Assembly (NCBI GenBank): GCA_038874135.1
Contig: JAVZCZ010000001.1
Span: forward strand, 623,219 to 687,218
Direction of reading: 5' to 3'
Source of the DNA: Candidatus Woesearchaeota archaeon
GTDB taxonomy: Archaea; Nanobdellota; Nanobdellia; Woesearchaeales; 0-14-0-80-44-23
DNA length: 64,000 nt
Shown: positions 27,686 through 37,695 of the stretch, in pieces
Layout of the letters: each line of letters begins with the position of its first letter
Position numbering within the stretch: position 1 is the first letter of the stretch
The notes under the pieces: model-generated
Seen by the model: only the letters and a program-made list of their open reading frames with translations
The model's database searches: none
Told to the model about the DNA's origin: nothing
Program-made: the position numbers and the translations under genes

Positions 27686-29041
27686 TCACCTGAACCTTAT
27701 ACTACTCCCGCCAACCTTTCCAACCTTCCTTACAAGCTGTTCAAGGTTTCGCGGAGTCCCGCCGGAGAATGCTTTTATAAGCTTCTTACTCTGTTTATAC
27801 TGCTTTAAGAGCTCCCTGACATCCTTAGCAGATGTTCCAGAGCCGCGCGCAATCCTTTCAACCCTTCCAAAGTCAATTATTTCCGGATTTTCCAGTTCAT
27901 ATTTAGTCATTGAGTCCATAATGAACTTCCAGCGCTTAAGCTTTTCATCCTGCACAGAAATTAGCTCCTTAGGAATTGAAGCGCTGCTGAGTCCAGGAAT
28001 CATATTTATAATGCTGCTGAGAGGTCCCATCTTTTTAACTGCTTGCATCTGCTCATAGAGATCTAATAGGTTAAAGTCTCCTTTCAGCATTTTATCTTTG
28101 ATTTTTTCAGCATCTTTTTCAGAAATTGCATCTTTTGCTTTCTCCAGCAGAGCGTCTATGTCCCCCATTCCGAGCAGCCTTGAAACAAATCCTGCGGGGT
28201 TGAACTCTTCTAAGTCCTCAATTTTTTCTCCAACACCTATAAACTTGACCGGGGTTCCAGTCGCTGCGCAGGCAGATAGTGCACCCCCTCCCTTGGCAGT
28301 GCCCTCCATTTTTGTTATTATTACCCCAGTTATCTTGCAGTTGGCATGAAAGCTTTCCGCCTGAAATCTTGCACTCTGTCCAATGTCAGCACTTATTACG
28401 AGAAGGTTTTCATCCGGCAGGATGCGCTCGTAGAGAGCTCTTATCTCCCTTATCAACTCATCTGAGAGAGCATCCCTTCCAGCAGTGTCTATTATTGCTA
28501 TGTCATACTTCTTTATCTCATCTTCAAACTTTTCATATATCTTTAAAGCATCTCCAAGCTTAGGATCGCCATATACTGGCACGCCGATTGACCTTCCAAG
28601 CTGTGTGAGCTGTTCAAAGCCGGCGGGCCTGTATATGTCTGTTTGGAGCAGGCAGACTTTGAATCCTCTTTTCTGGAAGAATCTTGCGAGTTTTGCAGCC
28701 TGGGTTGTCTTTCCAGAAGCGTACAGCCCCACTAGCATTATTTTGAAGTTTTTCTTGTTAACTTCTATCTTAGCGCCCTTTTCTCCGAGAAATCTGACAA
28801 GCTCTTCATAAACTATCTTTATGAGCTGTTCCTTCTTGCTAAGCCCGGGGGTTTCCTCTTTTAAAGCGCGCTCTCTTATCCTGCTGGAAAGTTCAAAAAC
28901 CAGTTTTACATCCACATCAGATTGGAGAAGTGCCTTCTGAATCTCCTTCACAAGCTCATTTATCAGTTTTTCATCTACAAATAGGCTTTGAGATATCCTC
29001 TTTAGCACTCCTCTGAGAGAATCTCCAAGTTTTTCCAGCAT
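27686..29041 (-). CDS. srp54: Signal recognition particle protein SRP54
   Basis: 451 aa with N domain, G domain (GLYASGKTT, DTAGR) and an M domain. Confidence 0.9.
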   Translation of the reverse strand: MLEKLGDSLRGVLKRISQSLFVDEKLINELVKEIQKALLQSDVDVKLVFELSSRIRERALKEETPGLSKKEQLIKIVYEELVRFLGEKGAKIEVNKKNFKIMLVGLYASGKTTQAAKLARFFQKRGFKVCLLQTDIYRPAGFEQLTQLGRSIGVPVYGDPKLGDALKIYEKFEDEIKKYDIAIIDTAGRDALSDELIREIRALYERILPDENLLVISADIGQSARFQAESFHANCKITGVIITKMEGTAKGGGALSACAATGTPVKFIGVGEKIEDLEEFNPAGFVSRLLGMGDIDALLEKAKDAISEKDAEKIKDKMLKGDFNLLDLYEQMQAVKKMGPLSSIINMIPGLSSASIPKELISVQDEKLKRWKFIMDSMTKYELENPEIIDFGRVERIARGSGTSAKDVRELLKQYKQSKKLIKAFSGGTPRNLEQLVRKVGKVGGSSIRFR

Positions 29042-29192
29042 TTTATACTGAGCATTCTAAATCTTTTTATAAATTTATTGCGGAACCCATCCTAATCCAA
29101 AAGTTTATATACCTTTGGCGGTTTTTTGGATTTTGGGCTATCTTTTGAAGTTTTTTATTATTTTTTCAAGCCCTGTTGTAGAGGGATGAAAA

Positions 29193-31097
29193 ATGGTCGT
29201 AGTAAACATGGGAAATTCTAAGCACGTATTTAAAAGCGGAATTACCTGTAGTGAGATTGCAGGCTCTCTAAATATTAAAGACGCAGTTGCTGCTAAGGTT
29301 GATGGAGAGCAGGTTGACCTGTCATACCGCGTGGATAAGGATTGCACTCTTGAGTTCATAAAGCTGTCCTCTTCAGATGGGCTAACAATCCTTAGGCATA
29401 CAGCAGCGCACATACTCGCACAAGCAGTTCTGAGATTATTTCCCAAAGCTCTTCTGACAATAGGGCCAGCTGTGGAAGATGGCTTTTATTACGACATAGA
29501 CCATGAGCCTTTCACCCCGGAAGACATTAAAAGGATTGAAGAGGAGATGCATAGAATAGTCAAAGAAAACCTTCCAATCATAAGGGAAGAGATTTCAAAA
29601 GAAGAAGCATTGAAGCTTTTCAGCAAAAATCCTTACAAGATTGAGATGATAAATGAGCTTCCAGGCGGCATTGTTTCAATTTATAGGCAGGGGGAATTCT
29701 TTGACCTGTGCAGGGGCCCACACCTTCCGTATACCTCTCTTGTGAAGGCGTTTAAGCTTACTAAGATTGCAGGCGCATACTGGCGCGCAGACGCTAAAAA
29801 CAAGCAGTTGCAGAGAATATACGGCATCGCATTTCCGGAAGAAAAGCAGTTAAAATATTACATTACCATGATGGAAGAGGCAGAGCAGAGGGACCATAGG
29901 AAGATAGGAAGAGAGATGGACCTGTTCAGCTTTCACGAAGAGGGCCCGGGATTTCCTTTCTTTCACCCAAAGGGCGTAATAATTCTAAATGAGCTCGTTC
30001 AGTTCTGGAGGGAAGAGCATTCCAAGGCAGGCTATCAGGAGATAAAGACGCCGATAATTCTTTCAAAGACACTCTGGGAGCGCAGCGGTCATTGGGAGCA
30101 CTACCGCAATAACATGTACTTCACTAAGATTGATGAGAAGGACTTTGCTGTAAAACCGATGAACTGCCCAGGAGGCATTTTAGTATACAAATCCTCCCCT
30201 AAGAGTTATAGGGATCTTCCTCTCAAACTTTCTGAGCTCGGATTAGTGCACAGGCACGAGCTTTCAGGAGTGCTCTCGGGACTATTCAGGGTGAGGTGCT
30301 TCACTCAGGACGATGCGCACATCTATGTTACAGAGGACCAGATAGAGGAGGAGGTAGTGAATGTTGTCAGACTGGTAGACAAGTTTTACAAGAAGTTCGG
30401 ATTTGAATACCATGTAGAACTATCCACCAGGCCTGAGGATTATATGGGCGAACTTGAACTTTGGAATAGAGCAGAGTCAAGCCTTAAGCACGCTTTAGAA
30501 TCCTTAGGAATGAAATATAAGATTAATGAGGGAGACGGAGCATTTTATGGACCTAAGATAGACTTTCACATAAAGGACTGCATAGGCAGGACATGGCAGT
30601 GCGGCACTGTTCAGCTGGACTTTCAGATGCCCATAAAATTTGACCTGGAGTATGACGGGCAGGATGGAAAGAAGCACAGGCCAGTGATGATTCACAGGGT
30701 TGTTTATGGAAGTCTTGAGAGGTTCTTAGGCATTCTTATTGAGCACTACGCTGGAAGGTTCCCGCTTTGGCTGGCTCCAGTTCAGGTCAGAATTCTTACG
30801 GTTGCGGACAGGCATAATGAGTATGCTTCTCAGATAGAAAACATGCTCTCATCTAAGAAGCTGAGGGTTGAACTGGATTCGAAGGCTCAGACCATCGCCT
30901 ATAAGGTGAGAGACGCTCAGCTGCAGAGAATTCCAGTGATACTCACAGTGGGTGATAAGGAAGTAAGCTCCAGAACAGTTGCACTTAGGACTCTGGACGG
31001 AAGGGTTAAGTTTAATGTTGATCCAGCTAAGCTGACTGAAATCCTCATAAGGAATGTTGAGGAGCGCTCTAACTCTTTAGAGCTTGATGGAATTTAA
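29193..31097 (+). CDS. thrS: Threonyl-tRNA synthetase (bacterial-type N-terminal TGS plus editing domain)
   Basis: 634 aa. TGS domain (KVDGEQVDLSY), editing-domain HTAAHILAQAV, class II core (HRHELSGVLSGLFRVRCFTQDDAHIY) and an anticodon-binding domain. Confidence 0.9.
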   Translation: MVVVNMGNSKHVFKSGITCSEIAGSLNIKDAVAAKVDGEQVDLSYRVDKDCTLEFIKLSSSDGLTILRHTAAHILAQAVLRLFPKALLTIGPAVEDGFYYDIDHEPFTPEDIKRIEEEMHRIVKENLPIIREEISKEEALKLFSKNPYKIEMINELPGGIVSIYRQGEFFDLCRGPHLPYTSLVKAFKLTKIAGAYWRADAKNKQLQRIYGIAFPEEKQLKYYITMMEEAEQRDHRKIGREMDLFSFHEEGPGFPFFHPKGVIILNELVQFWREEHSKAGYQEIKTPIILSKTLWERSGHWEHYRNNMYFTKIDEKDFAVKPMNCPGGILVYKSSPKSYRDLPLKLSELGLVHRHELSGVLSGLFRVRCFTQDDAHIYVTEDQIEEEVVNVVRLVDKFYKKFGFEYHVELSTRPEDYMGELELWNRAESSLKHALESLGMKYKINEGDGAFYGPKIDFHIKDCIGRTWQCGTVQLDFQMPIKFDLEYDGQDGKKHRPVMIHRVVYGSLERFLGILIEHYAGRFPLWLAPVQVRILTVADRHNEYASQIENMLSSKKLRVELDSKAQTIAYKVRDAQLQRIPVILTVGDKEVSSRTVALRTLDGRVKFNVDPAKLTEILIRNVEERSNSLELDGI

Positions 31098-32180
31098 TCA
31101 TTCAAGAACGCCTTCCCGTTTTTTTATCTCTTTTATTAACTCTTCTCTTTTGAAGTCTTCTCCCAGTTTCTTTCTTATCTCAAATTCAACTCTATAAGCA
31201 TTGTAGTTTTTCATGATCTTATCTACATAATTTATGATTTCTTTTGCCTTATCCTTCGGGTATGAATAATATTCTGAACAGGCTTTTTCTATGTATGGAA
31301 CTAAGTCTTTCCACTCTTGCTCCCAGTATGCCTTGCCATTATCTCTAGATGCCATTTTTACAGCGTCTCTAACTACGCTTTGACCACCGTTGTATGCAGC
31401 GAGTACCAGCTTTAAGTGTTCCCATCTTAGTTTGTAGTATCTTGCTGAATCTCTTTCTTTAAGCCATTCGGGCGGCTCGCAGAATTTAAGGTAGCTCTCC
31501 TTCTCATTAAGTATTTTTATTCCAGCCCTTATATTTGAATATGGGTCAAATCTGTTCTTCCAATCTTCTGCACTGACGCTGTTACGCATTATCTGCATCA
31601 GGCCTGAAGCTCCGCATTCAGATATACACCTTTCATTCCAAGTGCTTTCTGATTCTATTATTGCAGCTATGAGGGCAATGTCTTTCATTTTAGAGAATTC
31701 GTTTAGGATGTTCCAATATTTTTCAGGCATGTTTATTCTCTGGTAATTTTTTATGTAGTATGCCATTTCAGCTTCTGGAATTTTAGAAAGCACTTCTTCA
31801 AGAGATTTGTTGTTAGCTCTTGTCTCTTTCAGCTGCATTCTCTGAGCAGTAGCTTCCAAACCTTTCAGCTCCACACCGCAAATTCCAGGAGTTTTGCCAA
31901 TGTTAATCTGGACTACATTTGATGTTTCATAATTTTGTGTTTTATAGCAATCATACTTCTTGTCTTTTGAAATTCCCTTCGCAATACCCAGAGCCAGCAG
32001 TCCAACTCCGATAATTCCTGCTGCTGCTTTAATCAAGTTTTTCTTTCTTTTCCTTTTTTCTTCATAATCCAATCTGCCGGCATCAGGGTTATTATACATG
32101 AATCGGAGCATCGGGTCTTTTTCCATATTTGTTACTAAGTAGTAGTGATATTTAAATCTTTTGTTTTTTCGCGTTATCAA
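31098..32180 (-). CDS. Membrane-anchored lytic transglycosylase (SLT/lysozyme-like domain)
   Basis: 360 aa with an N-terminal TM (AAAGIIGVGLLALGIA) and the SLT motifs IIESESTW, GASGLMQIM and AAYNGG. Confidence 0.75.
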   Translation of the reverse strand: MITRKNKRFKYHYYLVTNMEKDPMLRFMYNNPDAGRLDYEEKRKRKKNLIKAAAGIIGVGLLALGIAKGISKDKKYDCYKTQNYETSNVVQINIGKTPGICGVELKGLEATAQRMQLKETRANNKSLEEVLSKIPEAEMAYYIKNYQRINMPEKYWNILNEFSKMKDIALIAAIIESESTWNERCISECGASGLMQIMRNSVSAEDWKNRFDPYSNIRAGIKILNEKESYLKFCEPPEWLKERDSARYYKLRWEHLKLVLAAYNGGQSVVRDAVKMASRDNGKAYWEQEWKDLVPYIEKACSEYYSYPKDKAKEIINYVDKIMKNYNAYRVEFEIRKKLGEDFKREELIKEIKKREGVLE

Positions 32181-32847
32181 ATAGTATTTTCATAATAAGA
32201 AACAATATGACTTCTTCAATTGCTGTTGCTATCAAAACAAAAAACAGCCCATCCATAAAGAACCTTTCTGGAAAAAAAATTAGGATTCTGCTCCCTAAAG
32301 GAAACTGCCAGTTTCCCATTTTAAAAAATATTGCATGAAAACCAATGAAAGCTGCTGAGAAAACATTCCTAAAACAAACTGAAAATCCTAAGATAATCAC
32401 TAGAAAGAAAGTGGCAAAAATCATTTTTCTAAGACATACAAAAAAATTATCCAGCATAGCTGTACTTACTGCTAACATCATAAGTAAGCCTGCCAAACAG
32501 ACAATATAAACCTTAAACCCGAATTTAAACAAATTCTTAACATCATTCAGATGAGACGCTTCTTCTACACTAAAAATCCCCTCGCTGAGGGAAGCCCTTC
32601 CAACTAAAAAATCTGGGAATGTGTTAATGAATGATTCTGCGTCTTCCCTTGCAATTCCTACCTGTTCCAGCTCGCCATAAATATTTAGACGGTAGAACTC
32701 AAGCCTATACCATGTCTCACTGAAGGCAAGTGCGAAAGTGTTTGAAAGCATTAGAATAAATAGCAGGATTAAAGCCGCTAAGAAAGAAGATATCCAGCAT
32801 AGTGCAACCTTGCTAATCTTTACCATAATATGCGTATTATCCAGCAA
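32152..32847 (-). CDS. Polytopic membrane protein of unknown function
   Basis: 231 aa with about 5 TM helices. It overlaps the SLT gene by 29 nt and is probably co-transcribed with it. Confidence 0.45.
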   Translation of the reverse strand: MLDNTHIMVKISKVALCWISSFLAALILLFILMLSNTFALAFSETWYRLEFYRLNIYGELEQVGIAREDAESFINTFPDFLVGRASLSEGIFSVEEASHLNDVKNLFKFGFKVYIVCLAGLLMMLAVSTAMLDNFFVCLRKMIFATFFLVIILGFSVCFRNVFSAAFIGFHAIFFKMGNWQFPLGSRILIFFPERFFMDGLFFVLIATAIEEVILFLIMKILFDNAKKQKI

Positions 32848-32880
32848 ATTATTAAAACCTGTGCTTATTCTTTATGAAAA

Positions 32881-33972
32881 ATGTTTCGGAGAATGGTTCA
32901 GGCAATCATAGATTCTTCCTTTTTAGATGATACTTCAGCAGAGGAAATCCCTCTAGTCTCTCAAGGGTCCGCCGGAGTTCCACTAACAAGAGAAAACTTT
33001 CACCCTCTAACCATATTTAAAAAGGAACTTCCGGAAATGGCTTTCTGCGATGGGGGAAACTGCGAGATTCTCTCAGCACCCAATGCATCCATACAGCTAA
33101 TCCGAGGCTACTTCTCAATTTTCAGAAGCAATCAGAAGGTTTTCTCGCACACAGAGCAGTTTTATCTCCTGGTAAAAGCTCAAGGCTCTGATGGGAAAAT
33201 CAATTATAAATGCAGATTCTTCTCAGAGATGGGTTCTGAACTTTCGGAAGAGGAGATTTGCGCTCTTTTCAATATCCCTCAGGAAGAAAGGGAAGAATTT
33301 TTTTCTTCAACAAATAACTTTATATTTGATCCATTTGACCGGAACCTCACAACTTCCAGAGAAAGGGCTACCCCTTCAAAGATTGCAGAGGTTATAAGAA
33401 GGCTGTTTGAACTTGCCATAGCAGAAAGAGCTGCTCACAAGCTTGAGTGTGGAATACTAATCTTAGACGGCTCATTGCAAGAGAGCCATCCCAGTGAGAA
33501 TTATCTTATGCAACGACTTTTCAGCAAATGTAAATTTAGAAGAATTGTGCTTGGCGGCATGTCAAAAACTTCTAATCTGCTTACAAACTCTGGCAAACCA
33601 CTTCTGCCACTCCTTTCTTCAATATCACCGTTTTCAGAGTGGTATTACTTCCCAATCGTCAAAGAGCAGGATGACTCACTGGTCAGACAGTATGTTGTAA
33701 AACTTAATTCCTCTTCACCCTACTCTTTCAGGATTGAAATTGCGAGCTCACCCATTAATGCTGAAGAGGTTTTCTGGGCCCTTCAAAAGAACGCTACAGA
33801 TTATGCCTTTCCCGGATATCCCTATGGTCTTATTGATGCTGACAAGTTTGCGCAGGTTTCAAATGATGAGAAAAAAATTCTTGTGGCTGCACTTCTTTCA
33901 GAATCTGGCTCTTCCAAACTTCAGCTGCTAGGTGCATCTCTGGACGCGCATAAAATTCTGAATACCCTTTAA
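32881..33972 (+). CDS. Hypothetical protein, possibly NurA-like nuclease
   Basis: 363 aa. It has an ILILDGSLQES block and a C-terminal GYPYGLIDADKFAQVS block, which is reminiscent of the NurA C-terminal signature. No herA, mre11 or rad50 lies nearby. Weak call. Confidence 0.3.
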   Translation: MFRRMVQAIIDSSFLDDTSAEEIPLVSQGSAGVPLTRENFHPLTIFKKELPEMAFCDGGNCEILSAPNASIQLIRGYFSIFRSNQKVFSHTEQFYLLVKAQGSDGKINYKCRFFSEMGSELSEEEICALFNIPQEEREEFFSSTNNFIFDPFDRNLTTSRERATPSKIAEVIRRLFELAIAERAAHKLECGILILDGSLQESHPSENYLMQRLFSKCKFRRIVLGGMSKTSNLLTNSGKPLLPLLSSISPFSEWYYFPIVKEQDDSLVRQYVVKLNSSSPYSFRIEIASSPINAEEVFWALQKNATDYAFPGYPYGLIDADKFAQVSNDEKKILVAALLSESGSSKLQLLGASLDAHKILNTL

Positions 33973-34055
33973 AATATCACGCTTTTATAGTAATAACAAA
34001 TCTTTTTAATATTCCCGCCAAATATTCAGAGTGCCAGGGAAAAAGAGGTGTTATA

Positions 34056-36482
34056 ATGGAAAAAAAGGACAGATTTATTCTTTGGTTTGACGAGATAGGC
34101 ATAGAAGATATCTCGCTAGTAGGAGGAAAAAACGCATCTCTGGGTGAAATGTATCGCTTTTTAAAAGACAAAGTGTCCATCCCGAATGGCTTTGCAATAA
34201 CAGCCACAGCGTACAACTTCTTTCTTGAAAGAACTAAACTCAAGGATAGGATAAGAGAAGAACTTAAAGGACTAAACACTAGAAATATAAGAAACCTGGA
34301 AGAAAAAGGACACAAAATCCGTTCTATGATACGAAATGCTGAAATTCCATATGAGCTTAGAACAGAAATTCTTGCAGCATACCAAAAGCTCTGCGAGCAG
34401 TACGGTCCCAACACAGATGTTGCAGTGCGAAGCAGCGCCACTGCAGAAGACCTTCCAGACGCAAGCTTTGCCGGACAGCAGGAATCCTACCTGAACATAA
34501 GAGGACCTGAAGAACTAATTAAAGCATGCCTGATGTGTTTCTCCTCACTTTTCACAAACCGAGCAATCTCATACAGGGCAGATAAGAAGTTTGACCAATT
34601 CGGAGTTTCTCTGAGCATAGTTGTCCAGAAGATGGTACGCTCAGACAAGGCGTGCTCTGGCGTCATGTTCACTGTAGACACGGAGTCGGGCTTCAAAGAT
34701 GCAATAGTAATAAACGCCAGCTACGGCCTGGGCGAAAACATTGTCAAGGGCTTAGTAAATCCAGACCAGTTCATAGTATTTAAACCAACACTTAAACAAG
34801 GCTTTAAACCAATAATATCCAAGCGTATCGGCTCAAAGGAGATGAAGCTGATATACTCCTCAGAAGGGAATGCTAACACGCGAAATGTGCATGTTCCCAT
34901 AGAGGATAGAGAGAGATTCTGTATTTCTGACGAGGAGGTTCTTCAGCTGGCAAGGGCAGGATGCGCAATAGAAGACTACTACACTGCAAAGAAGGGAAGG
35001 TTCACGCCCATGGATATAGAATGGGCTAAAGACGGAGTTTCAGGAAAGCTATTTATAGTGCAGGCGAGGCCAGAAACAGTAGTTTCAAGAAGAGACCCGA
35101 ACATAGTTAAGAAATATGTGTTAAAAAAGAAGGGTAAGTTAATAATTGAAGGCACAAGCGTAGGCGACAAGATCGGGAGCGGCGTTGCAAATGTTATAAA
35201 GAGCGTTCACGAGATAAACAAGTTCAAGCCAGGGGAGGTTCTCGTTACAGAAATGACCGATCCAGATTGGGAGCCGATAATGAAGATTGCTTCAGCAATA
35301 GTTACCAACAAGGGCGGAAGGACTTGTCACGCTGCAATTGTTTCAAGAGAGCTAGGAATTCCCTGCGTGGTAGGAACAATTGAAGCAACAAAGAGGATAA
35401 AATCCGGTCAGAAGGTAACAGTGAGCTGTGCAGAGGGAGATGTCGGCAAGGTGTATGAAGGTATTTTAAAATATGAGGAGCAGGAAATCAACCTGAAAGA
35501 GATTCCGAGGCCAAAGACTAAGATAATGATGAATGTTGGCGATCCTGAGGAAGCGTTTAAACTCTCATTCATTCCCAATGACGGCGTCGGCTTAGCAAGG
35601 GAGGAATTTATAATAACATCTTACATAAAAGCCCATCCAAAAGCACTACTTAAGTTTAAGTATCTGAAAGACAAGGATGCCAAAGAAAAGATTGCAGAGC
35701 TTACAAAAGGCTATGATGACAAGGCAATGTTCTTTGTGGACATGCTAGCTCAGGGCATAGGCACCATAGCTGCGGCATTCTACCCCAAGGATGTTATTGT
35801 TCGCCTAAGCGATTTTAAAAGCAATGAGTACTCTGGACTTATTGGAGGAGAAGAGTTTGAGCCTAAGGAGGACAATCCAATGATAGGATGGAGGGGAGCT
35901 TCTAGGTATTATGATGAGAATTACAAGGATGCCTTCGCATTGGAGTGTAAGGCGTTTTTGAAGGTTAGAAATGAGTATGGCTTGAAGAATGTTAAGATAA
36001 TGATTCCCTTCTGTAGGACTGTTGAAGAGGGGATTAAGGTGTTGGCAGAGATGAAGAAGAATGGTCTTGAAAGGGGAAAAGACGGTTTGGAAGTTTATGT
36101 GATGTGCGAGATTCCTTCAAATGTTATTCTGGCTGACGAGTTCTGTAAGATATTTGATGGCTTCAGCATTGGGAGTAACGACTTGACACAACTAACCCTT
36201 GGCGTGGATAGGGATTCTGAACTGGTAAGCAAAGTGTATGATGAGAATAATCCCGCAGTAAAAAGACTAATTGAGTCAGTAATAAAAACAGCCAAGCAGT
36301 TTAACAGGAAGGTTGGAATATGCGGGCAGGCACCTTCTGATTTTCCGGAATTTGCAGAGTTCCTTGTGGATTGCGGCATAGATTCAATATCACTAAATCC
36401 GGATACAGTTATAAAAACAACGTTTAGGATTTATGAGAAGGAAAGCAAATCTTCACAGCTGTTGCCTTCACCACATTTTTAA
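34056..36482 (+). CDS. ppsA: Phosphoenolpyruvate synthase (pyruvate, water dikinase)
   Basis: 808 aa with the phospho-His domain GGRTCHAAIVSRELGIPCVVG and PEP-utilising N- and C-terminal domains. Confidence 0.9.
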   Translation: MEKKDRFILWFDEIGIEDISLVGGKNASLGEMYRFLKDKVSIPNGFAITATAYNFFLERTKLKDRIREELKGLNTRNIRNLEEKGHKIRSMIRNAEIPYELRTEILAAYQKLCEQYGPNTDVAVRSSATAEDLPDASFAGQQESYLNIRGPEELIKACLMCFSSLFTNRAISYRADKKFDQFGVSLSIVVQKMVRSDKACSGVMFTVDTESGFKDAIVINASYGLGENIVKGLVNPDQFIVFKPTLKQGFKPIISKRIGSKEMKLIYSSEGNANTRNVHVPIEDRERFCISDEEVLQLARAGCAIEDYYTAKKGRFTPMDIEWAKDGVSGKLFIVQARPETVVSRRDPNIVKKYVLKKKGKLIIEGTSVGDKIGSGVANVIKSVHEINKFKPGEVLVTEMTDPDWEPIMKIASAIVTNKGGRTCHAAIVSRELGIPCVVGTIEATKRIKSGQKVTVSCAEGDVGKVYEGILKYEEQEINLKEIPRPKTKIMMNVGDPEEAFKLSFIPNDGVGLAREEFIITSYIKAHPKALLKFKYLKDKDAKEKIAELTKGYDDKAMFFVDMLAQGIGTIAAAFYPKDVIVRLSDFKSNEYSGLIGGEEFEPKEDNPMIGWRGASRYYDENYKDAFALECKAFLKVRNEYGLKNVKIMIPFCRTVEEGIKVLAEMKKNGLERGKDGLEVYVMCEIPSNVILADEFCKIFDGFSIGSNDLTQLTLGVDRDSELVSKVYDENNPAVKRLIESVIKTAKQFNRKVGICGQAPSDFPEFAEFLVDCGIDSISLNPDTVIKTTFRIYEKESKSSQLLPSPHF

Positions 36483-36494
36483 ATTTTTTTAACT

Positions 36495-37583
36495 TTAGAA
36501 TTCTGTAAGCTTGGCATCTGAAGAGTCTTTTACTATAGTTGTTTTTCCTTCCTTGCCACCACTTATTTTCTCAAGGTTCACAAACTTTCCCTGCTCTAAT
36601 CTATCTATTCTTCTTTGAAAAGTCTTGTAAGTGTATCTTCCACCCCTCTCAACATATTCCTTATATAATTCTCCTATCTTCTTTCCCGAATTTTCTCTAA
36701 CGATTTCTAGTATTAGCTGTTCATCTTCTCCCAACTCCTTCTTGTCCTTAACATAAAACTCATCCAGCTTATTCACTGCACTCCTTACACTTTCAACCCC
36801 AATTTGCCTTTTTCCCTCGTCCTCAGCGCAGCTTCCCGCTTCCCTCATAAGATAAAGCCCAGCTCTTATGTCACCAGTTTCATAAGTTTTTCTCACCACA
36901 ACCTCAAAAGCATCCTGCTTCCAAACATCAGGGTAGAAGGCAATATCTCTTCTTTGCTTAAGTATCTCACGCACTTCCTCCAGCGAATACTTTCTGAACT
37001 CTAAAACCTCAGGAATCAAACGGGAGCGTATTCGCGAGTCCAACACTGCTAAATAATCCTTATCATTAGTTATTAGGATGACGCTCTTTCTATAAACTTC
37101 TTCCAGTATGGAATAGAGAAAGTCGTCATCCTCAGCCTTATCTGCCTCGTCAAAAACAAAAACAGCTGAATGCTTGTTTATTATATCTCTAACTATATTG
37201 AAAAGCTCCTCAGTTTTCTTGTTCTGTGTGAACTTGTATCCAAGATCCTCACATATCTTGAGAATCACCTTATAAGAAGTATTGTGCTTCCAGCAGTTAA
37301 TATACAAAGGATAAATGTCTTCAGTAGTCTCTTCAATCTCGTTAAGAACATGTTTACACGCAGCCGTCTTTCCAACTCCGGGACTTCCAAATATGAACAG
37401 GTTACGGCCGTTCCTGCTTTGAAATAATGGTTTTATGCAGCTGGCAATCCGCGCCTGTTCGTTCTCCCTGAAAGGAATTATCTTTGGAAGGTAATCGTAG
37501 TCCAGAGCAACAGAGTCCCTGAAAAGGGTTTCCCCTCCCGAAAGCATGTCTTTAAAGATTCCCATCCTTTCAATTATGAACAA
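36495..37583 (-). CDS. orc1: Orc1/Cdc6 replication initiator
   Basis: 362 aa with an AAA+ Walker A GSPGVGKTA, Walker B VFVFDEADK and a C-terminal winged helix. Confidence 0.9.
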   Translation of the reverse strand: MFIIERMGIFKDMLSGGETLFRDSVALDYDYLPKIIPFRENEQARIASCIKPLFQSRNGRNLFIFGSPGVGKTAACKHVLNEIEETTEDIYPLYINCWKHNTSYKVILKICEDLGYKFTQNKKTEELFNIVRDIINKHSAVFVFDEADKAEDDDFLYSILEEVYRKSVILITNDKDYLAVLDSRIRSRLIPEVLEFRKYSLEEVREILKQRRDIAFYPDVWKQDAFEVVVRKTYETGDIRAGLYLMREAGSCAEDEGKRQIGVESVRSAVNKLDEFYVKDKKELGEDEQLILEIVRENSGKKIGELYKEYVERGGRYTYKTFQRRIDRLEQGKFVNLEKISGGKEGKTTIVKDSSDAKLTEF

Positions 37584-37695
37584 TCAGCTGTTTATATATC
37601 TTTTTCTATAAAATTCGCAAATGTTTCTTTTAAGTCTGAGGCACACTTCATAAAAATTTATAAAGAGATGCCCCACTCTGAAGTGCGCTTAAGAG

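Noticed and set aside
29138-29446. 102-aa minus-strand ORF upstream of and overlapping thrS.
   Set aside because: It is antisense to the ThrRS TGS domain and the srp54/thrS divergent promoter, with no support.
33977-34441. 154-aa minus-strand ORF.
   Set aside because: It overlaps the start and N-terminal domain of ppsA on the opposite strand, and it has a low-complexity Ser/Leu-rich translation.
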